Part shown: in pieces, positions 1-10,098 of the stretch
Position numbering within the stretch: the first letter of the stretch is position 1
How the letters are laid out: each line of letters begins with the position of its first letter
Source: Sandaracinaceae bacterium
GTDB taxonomy: Bacteria; Myxococcota_A; Polyangia; Polyangiales; Sandaracinaceae
Assembly (NCBI GenBank): GCA_044220955.1
Contig: JBGAQA010000094.1
Span: forward strand, 1-24,453
Direction of reading: 5' to 3'
Length of the DNA: 24,453 nt
Notes under the pieces: generated by a model
The model's database searches: none
The model's input: only the letters and a program-made list of their open reading frames with translations
What the model was told of the DNA's origin: nothing
Position numbers and translations under genes: made by a program

Positions 1-72
1 ACGACAGCGAGGACGACAGCGAGGACGACAGCGAGGACGACAGCGAGGACGACAGCGAGGACGACAGCGAGG
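1..72 (+). repeat. 12-bp tandem repeat (ACGACAGCGAGG), at least 6 copies, encoding DDSE
   Basis: Six exact copies read directly at 1-72; may continue left of the window. Confidence 0.95.
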
Positions 73-380
73 GCGAGGCCCCCCCCGCACCGGCCCGTCC
101 CACCGCGCGCCGCGCCCCCCTCGCGAGCGCCGCCGCGACGGCTGCGCGGCGAATGCTCCTCGACGGCTGCTGGCGCGACACCTTCGAGGGGGAGTCGCCC
201 CCCGCGCCGGCGCGCTGGACCTTCGACTTCACGCTCGGCCCCGCGGGCGCCGCGACCAACGTTCGCATCACCGGCCCGAGCGGGGGCCCGTTCTCGAGCT
301 TCCGCATGTGCGTGGTCTCGCGCGTCGGTCAGTACCGACCCGCCGATGGCGAGACGCACGTCGCGCTGACCCTGCCGTGA
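1..380 (+). CDS. 5'-truncated protein with acidic (DDSE)n linker and C-terminal AgmX/PglI-like (TonB-C-like) domain
   Basis: The frame of ORF 153..380 is open back to the window edge (DSEDDSEDDSE...GEAPPAPARPT). The C-terminus LLDGCWRD...WTFDFTLGPAGAATNVRITGP...FRMCVVSRV...HVALTLP has the two-Cys helix/hairpin/helix pattern of myxobacterial AgmX/PglI C-terminal domains. Confidence 0.6.
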   Translation, partial: DSEDDSEDDSEDDSEDDSEDDSEGEAPPAPARPTARRAPLASAAATAARRMLLDGCWRDTFEGESPPAPARWTFDFTLGPAGAATNVRITGPSGGPFSSFRMCVVSRVGQYRPADGETHVALTLP

Positions 381-386
381 GACGGC

Positions 387-640
387 TCAGCGACAGTGGT
401 GGCTCGCGCCGCAGCGCTGCCCGGCGGAGCACTCGGCGTCGATCAGGCAGATCCCCTCGTCGACCGCGAGCGCGTCGGGCACGCAGTAGCCGCCCGGATC
501 TGTGTCCGACAGGCGTCGCTGGGTCCAGCCTCGGACGACGCGGGCCCGGCCTCCGCTCGCGCCGCGTCGAGCACGAGCTCCGTGGCGTTCGCGCAGCCGA
601 AGAGCCCGAGCGCGCACGCGACGGGCAGGGCGGCCCTCAA
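387..640 (-). pseudogene. Frameshifted or internally deleted Cys-rich lipoprotein remnant
   Basis: TTG at 640 overlaps the M16 stop (TTGA) and gives MRAALPVACALGLFGC-ANATELVLD (lipobox), stopping at 443. A different frame carries the Cys-rich tail GYCVPDALAVDEGICLIDAECSAGQRCGASHHCR to the stop at 387. Confidence 0.55.
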
Positions 641-2208
641 GGCGTCGGGGGCACGGCCGACGCGAGCGGGTAGCTCGCGATGTGGTTGCCGTCCGTGTCG
701 ATGACGGTCACCGCGCCCCAGTGGCGCAGCGGATCGACGACGCGCTCTGCGTCGCCGACGACCACCACGAGCGCCGCGTCCGGCGTGATGTGCGCGCGCG
801 CCGAGGCGAGCGCCTGGTCCGGCGTGACCGCGCGGATCTGCGAGCGGTAGCCGTCCCAGTAGTCGTCCGGCAGCCCGAAGATGCGCAGGTAGCCCACCAT
901 CCAGGCGATGCGGCCCGCGGTGTCGATCGTCAGCGGGAAGGAGTCCGACAGGTAACGCTCCGAGTCGTCGATCTCGCTCTGGGCGGGAGCCTCCGTGGTG
1001 ATGCGGTGCAGGTGCTCCATGAACGCCTCCATCGCCAGCCCCGTGCGGTCCACCTCCGGATGGGCGGGATCGGGGCCGACGCTCCCGCGAACCCGGTAGG
1101 GCCCCGGCTGCACGAGATCGTCGAGCGACGAGTACACGCCGTAGGTGAGCGAGCGCTGCTCGCGCAGATCCATGAAGAGGCGCGAGCGGGGCGAGCCGCC
1201 GAGCACCTCGTTCGTCACCTCGAGCGCGATGAAGTCCGGATCCGCGCGACGGATCGAGAGGTTGCCGATGTTGAACATCGACTGCGCCGATCCCGGCCGG
1301 TGCACCACGACCACGTCGCGCGCGGTGCGCGCCGGCACGTCGGGGAACGTCACCGCCGGGACCTCGCGCTGGCGCCAGCGCCCGAACACGTGCTCGGCGG
1401 CCGTCTGGACCGCCGCCGCGTCCACGTTGCCCGCGACGACGAGGAACGTGTTGTTCGGCACGAAGTGGTCGCGGTGCCACGCCGTCAGGTCCGCGCGGCT
1501 CGCTCGCTGGATCGCGTCCGCCGTCGCGTCGACGTGCCCATACGGGTGGGCCGGGCCGTAGAGCGCGCGGTAGAACTCGCGCCGTGCCAGCTGGGCCGGG
1601 TCGCCGTACTGGAGGGTGAGGCGATCGAGCTCACGCCGCTTGAGACGATCGAGCTCGTCCTGATCGAAGCGCGGGTTCATCGCCATGTCGCCCACGAGCC
1701 CGAGCATCGTCTCGAGCTGGTCCGACAGGCCGCGCGCCTGGATCGTCACCGAGCTCGCGTCCTGGAAGACGTCGAAGTCGGCGCCCAGGTACTCCATCTC
1801 CTCCGCGATCTGCCCGCTCGTGCGGGTGCGCGTGCCTTCCTTCAGCATCTTGGCGACCAGCACCGAGAGCCCCGGGAGCCCGGCCGGGTCGGCGGCGAGG
1901 CCCGAGCGGACCGTGAGCCGCACGTAGGCGAGCGGCAGCGTTCCCACCCGCACCGTGTCGATCTCGAGGCCGTTGCGCAGCGTCGAGCGCGCGATCGCCG
2001 GAAGGTGAACGTCGCGAGGCGTTCCCGAAGGCGGCGCGGGCTCGCGGTGTCGCTCGGGCGGGGGCGGCGCCTCGGCGATCTCGTCGCCCGTCGTCACCGT
2101 GCTCGTCGTGGTCTCGGTGGCACCCCCGCCGCACGCCGCGAGCGCGAGCAGGAGAGCGAGCCAGCCGCGGCTCTTGTTCGGGGAGGTCGCTGCGGTCCGG
2201 GCGTTCAT
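637..2208 (-). CDS. M16B (pitrilysin-family) peptidase, non-catalytic lipoprotein subunit
   Basis: Lipobox LALAAC; M16 motifs (LRNGLEI, PGSAQS, EVLGGSPRSRLFMDLREQRSLTYGV). HXXEH is replaced by VLVAKM; the R/Y pair is present. Confidence 0.9.
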   Translation of the reverse strand: MNARTAATSPNKSRGWLALLLALAACGGGATETTTSTVTTGDEIAEAPPPPERHREPAPPSGTPRDVHLPAIARSTLRNGLEIDTVRVGTLPLAYVRLTVRSGLAADPAGLPGLSVLVAKMLKEGTRTRTSGQIAEEMEYLGADFDVFQDASSVTIQARGLSDQLETMLGLVGDMAMNPRFDQDELDRLKRRELDRLTLQYGDPAQLARREFYRALYGPAHPYGHVDATADAIQRASRADLTAWHRDHFVPNNTFLVVAGNVDAAAVQTAAEHVFGRWRQREVPAVTFPDVPARTARDVVVVHRPGSAQSMFNIGNLSIRRADPDFIALEVTNEVLGGSPRSRLFMDLREQRSLTYGVYSSLDDLVQPGPYRVRGSVGPDPAHPEVDRTGLAMEAFMEHLHRITTEAPAQSEIDDSERYLSDSFPLTIDTAGRIAWMVGYLRIFGLPDDYWDGYRSQIRAVTPDQALASARAHITPDAALVVVVGDAERVVDPLRHWGAVTVIDTDGNHIASYPLASAVPPTP

Positions 2209-3638
2209 CGCGCACCTCCCTCGTCACCGGTCTCGGGCGGAGGCACGACGTCGAGCACCGTCCGGTTCGTCTCCGCGAAGTACTGCCCGGCCACGCGCGC
2301 GATGTCTGCGCTCGTCACCGCGAGGTAGCGATCGAGCTCGGTGCGGAGCAGCGTGGCGTCTCCGTAGTAGAGCTCGTACTCGGCGAGGTGCTCGGCGCGC
2401 ATCAGGTTCGACTGCACGTTCACCACGAAGTACGCGCGGATGCGGTTCTGCACGCGCTCCATCTCGCGCGCGGGCACGCCGTTCGCCGCGACGTCGGCGA
2501 TGGCGGCGTAGATCGCCGTGCGTGCCTCCTCGGCCGTGTGGCCCTCCTGCACCAGCCCGAAGACGGAGAACAGGTCGGGCCCGCGGCGGTCGTCGGTGGC
2601 GACGCCGATCTCGGAGAGCACCTCGCCCTCGTGGACCAGGGACCGATAGAGGCGCGAGCTGTCGCCGTCGCCGAGGACCGCGGTGAGCATCTCGAGCGCG
2701 TAGTGATCGGGCTCGCGGTTCGGCGGGATGTGCCACTCGACGTGGAAGGCCGGAAGGTCCGCGAGCGGGTCCATCATCGTCTCGTGGCGCTCCGCCGTCT
2801 GGGGCGCCATCTCGCCCGGCGTGTAGGGGACGACCTCGCGACGAGGGATGCGATCGAAGTACTGGTGAACGGCCGCGAGCGCCTCGGCCGGCTCGACGTC
2901 GCCGGCGATCACCAGCACCGCGTTGTTCGGCGCGTAGTGGTGGAGCCAGAAGTCCTGCACCGCCTCGAGCGGCGAGTGCACGACGTCCTGCACGTCGCCG
3001 ATCGTCGAGTGGGCGTAGGGGAAGTAGTCCCCGTACGCCAGCTCGTTCGCGCGCAGGAACGAGAGCGCGTAAGGCTGCGACTCGTAGTTCTGCTGCCGCT
3101 CCTGGAGCACGGTCGTGCGCTGATTCGCGAACGCCTCCTCCGTGATGTCGAGCGAGGCCATACGATCCGCCTCGAGCCAGAGGCCGAGCGCGAGCTCGTT
3201 GCTCGGCAGCGTCTCGAAGTAGTTCGTCCGGTCGTCGCTCGTCGTGGCGTTCGCCTCCCCTCCCCGAGCCGCGATGTAGGTGAAGTGCTCGTTCCGCGCG
3301 ACGTTCGCGGAGCCCTCGAACATGAGGTGCTCGAAGAGGTGGGCGAAGCCGCTCCGCCCGCGGACCTCGTTGCGCGACCCGACGTCGTAGTAGACCGCGA
3401 TCGCGACCGTCGGGACGGTGTGGTCCGGGTTGATCACCACGCGCAGCCCGTTGTCGAGCGTGGCGCGCTCGATCGACAGGGCGCTCAGCGCATCGGTGGC
3501 GACGCTGCTCGGAGGCGTCGTCGCGTGGGCGGCGGGCATGCGGCGAGCGCGCTGGGCGGTGGCCTCGCGCGCGTTCACGACGCCGGCGAGCACGACGAGC
3601 GCGAGGAGCGCGAGGAGCGTGAGGGAGCGCTGGTTCAT
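2205..3638 (-). CDS. M16B zinc peptidase, catalytic (HXXEH) subunit, exported
   Basis: N-terminal signal peptide; LDNGLRV, YDVGSRNE, GFAHLFEHLMFEGS, NATTSDDRTNY, YAPNNAVLVIAGD. 4-bp ATGA overlap with the next gene. Confidence 0.93.
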   Translation of the reverse strand: MNQRSLTLLALLALVVLAGVVNAREATAQRARRMPAAHATTPPSSVATDALSALSIERATLDNGLRVVINPDHTVPTVAIAVYYDVGSRNEVRGRSGFAHLFEHLMFEGSANVARNEHFTYIAARGGEANATTSDDRTNYFETLPSNELALGLWLEADRMASLDITEEAFANQRTTVLQERQQNYESQPYALSFLRANELAYGDYFPYAHSTIGDVQDVVHSPLEAVQDFWLHHYAPNNAVLVIAGDVEPAEALAAVHQYFDRIPRREVVPYTPGEMAPQTAERHETMMDPLADLPAFHVEWHIPPNREPDHYALEMLTAVLGDGDSSRLYRSLVHEGEVLSEIGVATDDRRGPDLFSVFGLVQEGHTAEEARTAIYAAIADVAANGVPAREMERVQNRIRAYFVVNVQSNLMRAEHLAEYELYYGDATLLRTELDRYLAVTSADIARVAGQYFAETNRTVLDVVPPPETGDEGGAR

Positions 3639-3706
3639 GGTGTCTCCGCGGCTGTGCTAACACGCGAGAGCGCCCTTGGGAACGACGAGCGGCGCACGGG
3701 GGTGGC

Positions 3707-4945
3707 GTGACCGCAGCGATCTTGTCGATCGGGACCGAGCTGACGCGCGGCGAGCTCGTGAACACCAACGCTGCGTGGCTCTCCGAGCGCCTCACGAGCC
3801 TGGGGCTCGAGGTGATCGAACAACGAACGATCGACGACGACCACGCCCGCATCGTCGAGGCACTGCGCGCGACGTCGGCCCGACACCGGTTCGTCCTCGT
3901 GACGGGCGGCCTCGGACCGACGAGCGACGACCTCACGACCGCCGCCGCGGCCGAGGCGCTCGGGACGAGGCTCGTGCGCGACGCCGCTTCTCTCGAGGCC
4001 ATCCAGCGACGGTTCGCGACGATTCGCCGCGTGATGACCCCCTCGAACGAGAAGCAGGCCGACTTCCCGGAGGGCGCCTCGATCCTCGCCAACCCCATCG
4101 GCACGGCGCCCGGCTTCGCCATCACGCTCGGCGTGGCCCGGATCTTCTTCACGCCCGGCGTGCCCGCGGAGATGCGGCGCCTCTACGAGGATCACATCGA
4201 GCCGGCGATCGCGCCGCTCGTCGAGCGCCGCACACACCAGATCCGCCTGCGCACGTTCGGCATGAGCGAGTCCGCCGTCGGCGAGCGCCTGAGCACGATC
4301 GAGCGCGAGGAGCGGAGCGTCACGATCGGCTATCGCGCGACGTTCCCCGAGATCGAGGTGAAGATCCTCGCGCGCGGCGAGAGCGAGACCCTGGCCGAGG
4401 CGACGGCCGCGCGCGTCGCCGAGCGCGTGCGCGGGGCGCTGGGCGCGGTGGTCTTCGGCGAGGGGGAGGAGACGTATCCGGCCTACGTGGGCTCGGTCCT
4501 GCGCGGCCGCGGGATGTCGCTCGCGATCGCCGAGTCCTGCACGGGCGGCCTGGTCGGCCAGCTCGTCACCAGCGTCCCGGGCAGCTCGGAATACCTCCTC
4601 TTCGACGCGGTCACCTACTCGAACGCCTCCAAGATCGCGGTCCTGGGGGTCAACGAGGAGACCATCCGTGGCTATGGCGCGGTGAGCCTGGAGGTCGCCT
4701 CGGCCATGGCCGACGGCGCGCGACGGATCGCGGACGCGGACCTCTCGGTGGCGATCACCGGCATCGCCGGGCCGGGCGGTGGCACGGACGAGAAGCCCGT
4801 GGGGACGGTCTTCCTGGCCCTCGCGAGGCGCGGCGCTCCGACCCAGTCGCATGCCATGAAATTCGGCGGAGATCGCGAGCGGATCCGGATGTTCTCCGCG
4901 TACCACGCGCTGCGGCTGGTCGCCGAGGCGGCCTCCGCCCGCTGA
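3707..4945 (+). CDS. cinA: Competence/damage-inducible protein CinA (MoCF-like pyrophosphatase + PncC NMN deamidase)
   Basis: [82 protein letters not shown]. Confidence 0.96.
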   Translation: MTAAILSIGTELTRGELVNTNAAWLSERLTSLGLEVIEQRTIDDDHARIVEALRATSARHRFVLVTGGLGPTSDDLTTAAAAEALGTRLVRDAASLEAIQRRFATIRRVMTPSNEKQADFPEGASILANPIGTAPGFAITLGVARIFFTPGVPAEMRRLYEDHIEPAIAPLVERRTHQIRLRTFGMSESAVGERLSTIEREERSVTIGYRATFPEIEVKILARGESETLAEATAARVAERVRGALGAVVFGEGEETYPAYVGSVLRGRGMSLAIAESCTGGLVGQLVTSVPGSSEYLLFDAVTYSNASKIAVLGVNEETIRGYGAVSLEVASAMADGARRIADADLSVAITGIAGPGGGTDEKPVGTVFLALARRGAPTQSHAMKFGGDRERIRMFSAYHALRLVAEAASAR

Positions 4946-5009
4946 CCATCGCCGAGAGCGTCAGTCGCGATCGCGCCCCGTCGTCTGCACGTCATCCAGC
5001 GCGAAAAGC

Positions 5010-5040
5010 TGGACAAGCGTAACTGAACGGGATATCAGGT
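5010..5040 (+). promoter_or_regulatory. Candidate recA promoter with overlapping LexA (SOS) box
   Basis: TGGACA (5010-5015), 17 bp, TATCAG (5033-5038). CTG-N10-CAG dyad CTGAACGGGATATCAG at 5023-5038; its reverse complement ends in GTTCAG as in the M. xanthus LexA consensus CTRHAMRYBYGTTCAGS (3 mismatches). Confidence 0.5.
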
Positions 5041-5075
5041 TGCGACCTGAGCCGATAGCAAAGAAGGAAAAACGT

Positions 5076-6148
<1,073 letters not shown>

Positions 6149-6152
<4 letters not shown>

Positions 6153-7171
6153 CGGCGCCTTCGGCGCCCCCGGTCGGGGCGGGACCCATCGCGCTCGCTG
6201 TGGTCGGGCTGCTGGCGGCGTCGGCGTGCGGAGCGCCGGCGCCGTCGTCCCTCGCGGCCACGGCGGCCGAGCCCGACGTACGATCGGTGCTCCCCGACGG
6301 TGCCAGCCTGGTCGTGCTGATCCGCGCGCGCGAGCTGTTCGAGGCGGAGCCCAGCGCGCTCGCAATTCGCGGCTTGGTCCGGGACGAGCAGCTGGAGTCG
6401 ATCCGCGTCCAGCACGGCATCGACCCTCGGACCCTCGACCGGATCGCGTTCGGTACGTACGAGTCGATCGACACGGCCGGCCACGTTCTCGTGCTGCAGG
6501 GACCGTTCCGCGCCGAGGTCGCGGTCGCCGAGATCGCCCACAGGATGGTCCCGCGCGAGTCGTCGGCCACCGGCCCCCTGCCGCGCGCCGGGGGCCTGCT
6601 CCACGGAACACGCATGGACGCCCTCGCCGTCGGGGCGCACACGCTCGTGCTCGTCTTCGGTCCGCCGGCGCTCACGGCCCGGGTGACACGCACGCTCGAG
6701 GGCACCTCACCGCCGGCGGTCGCTGGCGCCGTTCAGCAGGCGCTCGCCCGCCGCTCCGAGCCCTTCGTCGCGATGCGGCCGATCCCGCTCGACCTGCCAC
6801 CGGGGGGCTCCGTGGCCCTGCTCCTGTCGGAGGAGCAATCGCTGGTGGTCGCCGCCACGCCCGTCGCTCCCGACCACGTGCGCATCAGCGTCGAGCTGAG
6901 CGGCGGCTTTCCCCCGGGCGCCGACGAGAACTTTCGCCGGCTGGTCGTGTCGCTGGCCCAGTCCACGATGGGAACCGCGCTCGGGCTCCGGAGCGCTCTG
7001 GGGACGCTGGAGGTGGGCGCCACGCCGACGACGGTCGAGCTGTCCGCCGACCTGGACGCGGACGAGCTCGGGCGCGGCCTCGGCCTCATCTTCCGGGCCG
7101 AGATCGCCGAAGCGCTCGGCGAGGCCGGGGGCGTCGATCCGCCGGAAGGCCCAAGTTCGACGGACAACTAG
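6149..7171 (+). CDS. Uncharacterised lipoprotein (start uncertain: CTG 6149 overlapping the recA stop, or GTG 6200)
   Basis: Hydrophobic stretch with lipobox LLAASAC-G; long ORF with protein-like composition between recA and cdnL. Confidence 0.7.
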
Positions 7172-7205
7172 ACGAAATCTCAAGGGAAAGGCACCAGCAA
7201 CCCGA

Positions 7206-7235
7206 TTGACCGAATGGCCGTTTTCTGCTAACAAT
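7206..7235 (+). promoter_or_regulatory. Sigma70/SigA-type promoter candidate for cdnL
   Basis: TTGACC (7206-7211), 17 bp, TAACAA (7229-7234), preceded by an extended -10 TG (7226-7227) in an AT-rich patch. Confidence 0.55.
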
Positions 7236-7295
7236 CGTGCCCTTCGCGCTTGTCCTCGCCGCTCTCTCGGCCGCAGCCCCCAGGAGGTTCCCCGC

Positions 7296-7787
7296 ATGGA
7301 TTTCAAGGTCGGCGAGAAGGCGGTTCACCCGCACCACGGTGTCGGTGAGGTCACGTCGATCGAGTCCAAGGAGATCGCGGGGAACAAGAAGAACTTCTAC
7401 ATCCTGCGGATCATCGACAGCGGGATGAAGGTCATGGTCCCGACGGATGCCGCGGATCGGGTGGGGCTGCGCACCGTGATCTCCAAGAAGGACGCCGACA
7501 AGGTGCTCGCGGTCCTGCGCGACACGAAGGTCGCCGTCACGTCCCAGCCCTGGAACCGGCGGCACCGCGAGTACATCGAGATGCTCCACTCGGGCTCGCC
7601 CTACGAGGTCGCCAAGGTGCTGCGTGACCTGACCCGCCTCAAGACGGACAAAGATCTCTCCTTCGGCGAGCGACGGCTCCTCGATCAGGCACGCAGCCTG
7701 CTGGTCACCGAGCTCGCCCTCGCGCGCAAGATCAAGGAAGACCGCGTCGAGGCGGAGATCCAGGGGATCCTCGGCGTCCCGGCCTGA
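7296..7787 (+). CDS. cdnL: CarD/CdnL-family RNA polymerase-binding transcription factor
   Basis: 163 aa; FKVGEKAVHPHHGVGEV, MKVMVPT, VGLRTVI, WNRRHREY, KDLSFGERRLL. No HMGA/AT-hook tail, so CdnL rather than M. xanthus CarD. AGGAGG RBS. Confidence 0.93.
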   Translation: MDFKVGEKAVHPHHGVGEVTSIESKEIAGNKKNFYILRIIDSGMKVMVPTDAADRVGLRTVISKKDADKVLAVLRDTKVAVTSQPWNRRHREYIEMLHSGSPYEVAKVLRDLTRLKTDKDLSFGERRLLDQARSLLVTELALARKIKEDRVEAEIQGILGVPA

Positions 7788-7835
7788 CGCGGCGAGCCTC
7801 GCCCCGGGTGCGATGCAGCAGGAGCGCCTCGGCGA

Positions 7836-8399
7836 TCAGAACTGGAACGTGATGCCGACCGCGACGTACGGGTTGCCGACGCGGAGCGTCAGGCCGATCA
7901 CTTCGTTGAAGTGCAACGTCCCGCCGACCATCGCGATGACCCAGCCGCCCGCGTCCACGTAGTAGCCGTTGTGACCCGCCGTGCCATGCACGAACGCGGG
8001 CGGGAAATAGACCTGGAAGCCGAGCTCCGCGAACGCCGACCACGTGTCGTTGAAGTAGAACTCCCAATGGAGCATCACGGGGATGCCGAAGCCCACGAAG
8101 TACTGGCGTGTCGCCGGGTCCCAGCCCTCGTCGGCGTAGTAGAGCTCGAAGCCGAAATTCAGATAGACGGCGTCGTCGATCGAGTCGATGAAGCCGTTGT
8201 GCACGATCGGGATGCCGAAGCGCACGCCGGTGTCGAGGCCGAGGCCGTACCACGAGAGGCCGCCGTGGATGTCGAGCTGGAAGGGCCGCGTCCCGGTGAA
8301 CGGCGTCCGGATCTCGTGCTCCGCGTGCGCCACGCCCGGCACCAGCGCGGCGAGCGCGAGCGAAGAGACCAAAGAGAGGCGTGCGAGGTGCGTGCGCAT
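7836..8399 (-). CDS. Small outer-membrane beta-barrel protein (187 aa)
   Basis: Signal peptide ending in AHA; alternating aromatic/Gly strands; C-terminal Phe (VAVGITFQF), typical of the BAM beta-signal. Confidence 0.75.
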   Translation of the reverse strand: MRTHLARLSLVSSLALAALVPGVAHAEHEIRTPFTGTRPFQLDIHGGLSWYGLGLDTGVRFGIPIVHNGFIDSIDDAVYLNFGFELYYADEGWDPATRQYFVGFGIPVMLHWEFYFNDTWSAFAELGFQVYFPPAFVHGTAGHNGYYVDAGGWVIAMVGGTLHFNEVIGLTLRVGNPYVAVGITFQF

Positions 8400-8475
8400 G
8401 CGATCACGACTGTCACGAAACCCGCGCGGCGTCGAGTCCTTGCGCGACGCTGCCGCATCGTTGAATACGTCCACC

Positions 8476-9132
8476 ATGATCGACCTCGCGAGCTTGAAGA
8501 AGGATGCGGCCGGCCTCGTCACCGTCGTCGCGCAGGATCGCCTCACGGGTGAGGTGAGGATGGTGGCCCACGCGAACGTGGATGCGATCGAGCGGACGCT
8601 GGCATCCGGGGCCGCGCACTTCTTCAGCCGATCGCGCAACGCGCTCTGGAAGAAGGGCGAGACGAGCGGGAACGTGATGCGCGTGCACGAGGTCTGGCTC
8701 GACTGCGACGCGGACGCGGTGCTCTACCTCGTCGACCCGGAGGGACCGACCTGCCACACCGGCGCGCCGAGCTGTTTCGTGACGCGCATCGACGGCGCCG
8801 GGGGACCGCGCGCGGCGCCGCTCTTCACCCGCCTCGAGGAGGCGCTGGAGGCGCGAAAGAATGCGTCGGGAGAGAAGAGCTACACGCGCTCGCTCCTCGA
8901 CGCGGGCGCGCCGAAGATCGGCGCGAAGATCCGCGAGGAAGGCGACGAGCTCGCGCGCGCGATCGAGGGCGAGGCGGACGAGCGCGTGGTCAGCGAGGCG
9001 GCCGACGTCGTCTACCACGCGATGGTGGGCCTGCTCGCGCGTGGCCTCTCGTGGCGGGACGTCGAGGGCGAGCTCGCGCGCCGCTTCGGGATCTCGGGCC
9101 ACGACGAGAAAGCAGCGCGCACGAAGGCCTGA
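8476..9132 (+). CDS. hisIE: Bifunctional phosphoribosyl-AMP cyclohydrolase / phosphoribosyl-ATP pyrophosphatase
   Basis: FFSRSRNALWKKGETSGN, LDCDADA, CHTGAPSCF (HisI); SYTRSLL, KIREEGDEL, EAADVVYH (HisE). Confidence 0.96.
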   Translation: MIDLASLKKDAAGLVTVVAQDRLTGEVRMVAHANVDAIERTLASGAAHFFSRSRNALWKKGETSGNVMRVHEVWLDCDADAVLYLVDPEGPTCHTGAPSCFVTRIDGAGGPRAAPLFTRLEEALEARKNASGEKSYTRSLLDAGAPKIGAKIREEGDELARAIEGEADERVVSEAADVVYHAMVGLLARGLSWRDVEGELARRFGISGHDEKAARTKA

Positions 9133-9165
9133 TCCCAGACGCCCGAGTGCGGAGCGAGCGCGCGC

Positions 9166-10005
9166 TCAGCGCGAGTACCACCGCGCGTCGCGGCACACGA
9201 AGCGCGTGGTGCCGCCGATCGCCGCGGTCTTCTCCGGGTGCTCGGCGTCGCCCGGCAGCGCGAGCACCCAGGTGCCCGAGAGATCCCGGAACACCGGGCG
9301 CACGAGCGGCGGTGTCGCGCTCCGGGCGGCGGCGAGCATCTCGTCCGCGCTCGCGTGCGCAGAGAGCAGCTCGAGCGTCCGCAGCGTGGGCGGCGGCAGA
9401 TCGATCTCCGCGGCGACGTGGCTCGCGACCGCGTCCGCGGGTCGCATCCAGCGCGACGCGACCGTCTCGTGCGCGTCGTGGCTCGCGACCTCGTCCCGCG
9501 CGACCCTCGCGAGGAAGAAGCGCGCATCGAAGCGCTTGCGCTCGACCGCCGGCGTGACCCAGCGCGAGAGCGGCACCAGGCGCGCCGCGTCGAAGGTGAG
9601 GTCGCGCTCGGCTGCGAGCGCGCCGAAGGCCGCACCTCGCGCGAGCGCCGCGCGAACGGACGCCGCGTCCGCTGGCCGGTGTGAGAGCAGGACGCCCGCC
9701 TCTTCGAGCGTCTCCCGGATCGCCGCGACGAAGAGCGCACACGCCGTGGCCCCGAGCCCCGGCTCGCCCAGGCGCGCCTCGCCCTGCGCGACGTCGAGCC
9801 CCTCCACCCGCGCGATCAGCGCCTCCTCGGCGTCCCCTGCCTCGACGCGTCCGCCCGGGAAGACGAACGCGCCGCCCATGAAGGCCGTCGCGCGGTGCCG
9901 CTGCACGAGGAGCACCTCCGGCCCGCGCTCCGCGTCCCGGACGACGACGACGGTGGCCGCCGGTGCCGGAGTGACTCCGTCGCGAAGCGGATCGATGTCG
10001 AGCAT
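9166..10005 (-). CDS. NUDIX hydrolase (NUDT19/CoA-diphosphatase-like split Nudix box)
   Basis: PAATVVVVRD, FMGGAFVFPGGRVEAGD...AAIRETLEEAGVLL, SRWVTP...RFDARFF, LPPPT. Confidence 0.88.
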   Translation of the reverse strand: MLDIDPLRDGVTPAPAATVVVVRDAERGPEVLLVQRHRATAFMGGAFVFPGGRVEAGDAEEALIARVEGLDVAQGEARLGEPGLGATACALFVAAIRETLEEAGVLLSHRPADAASVRAALARGAAFGALAAERDLTFDAARLVPLSRWVTPAVERKRFDARFFLARVARDEVASHDAHETVASRWMRPADAVASHVAAEIDLPPPTLRTLELLSAHASADEMLAAARSATPPLVRPVFRDLSGTWVLALPGDAEHPEKTAAIGGTTRFVCRDARWYSR

Positions 10006-10098
10006 GGGCGCGAGTCTGTCCCGGATCGGGCGACGCGCGAGCCGAGCGCTGTGCCGATTCACTCGGCGCGGGGCGGGGCGCGCGTCCGCCCGGGGAAT

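Noticed and set aside
1..72. Repeat array as CRISPR
   Set aside because: Contiguous 12-mers with no spacers, in frame within a CDS, and no cas genes.
7296..7787. Calling the gene carD (carotenogenesis regulator)
   Set aside because: It lacks the acidic/AT-hook HMGA C-terminus; size and motifs fit CdnL.
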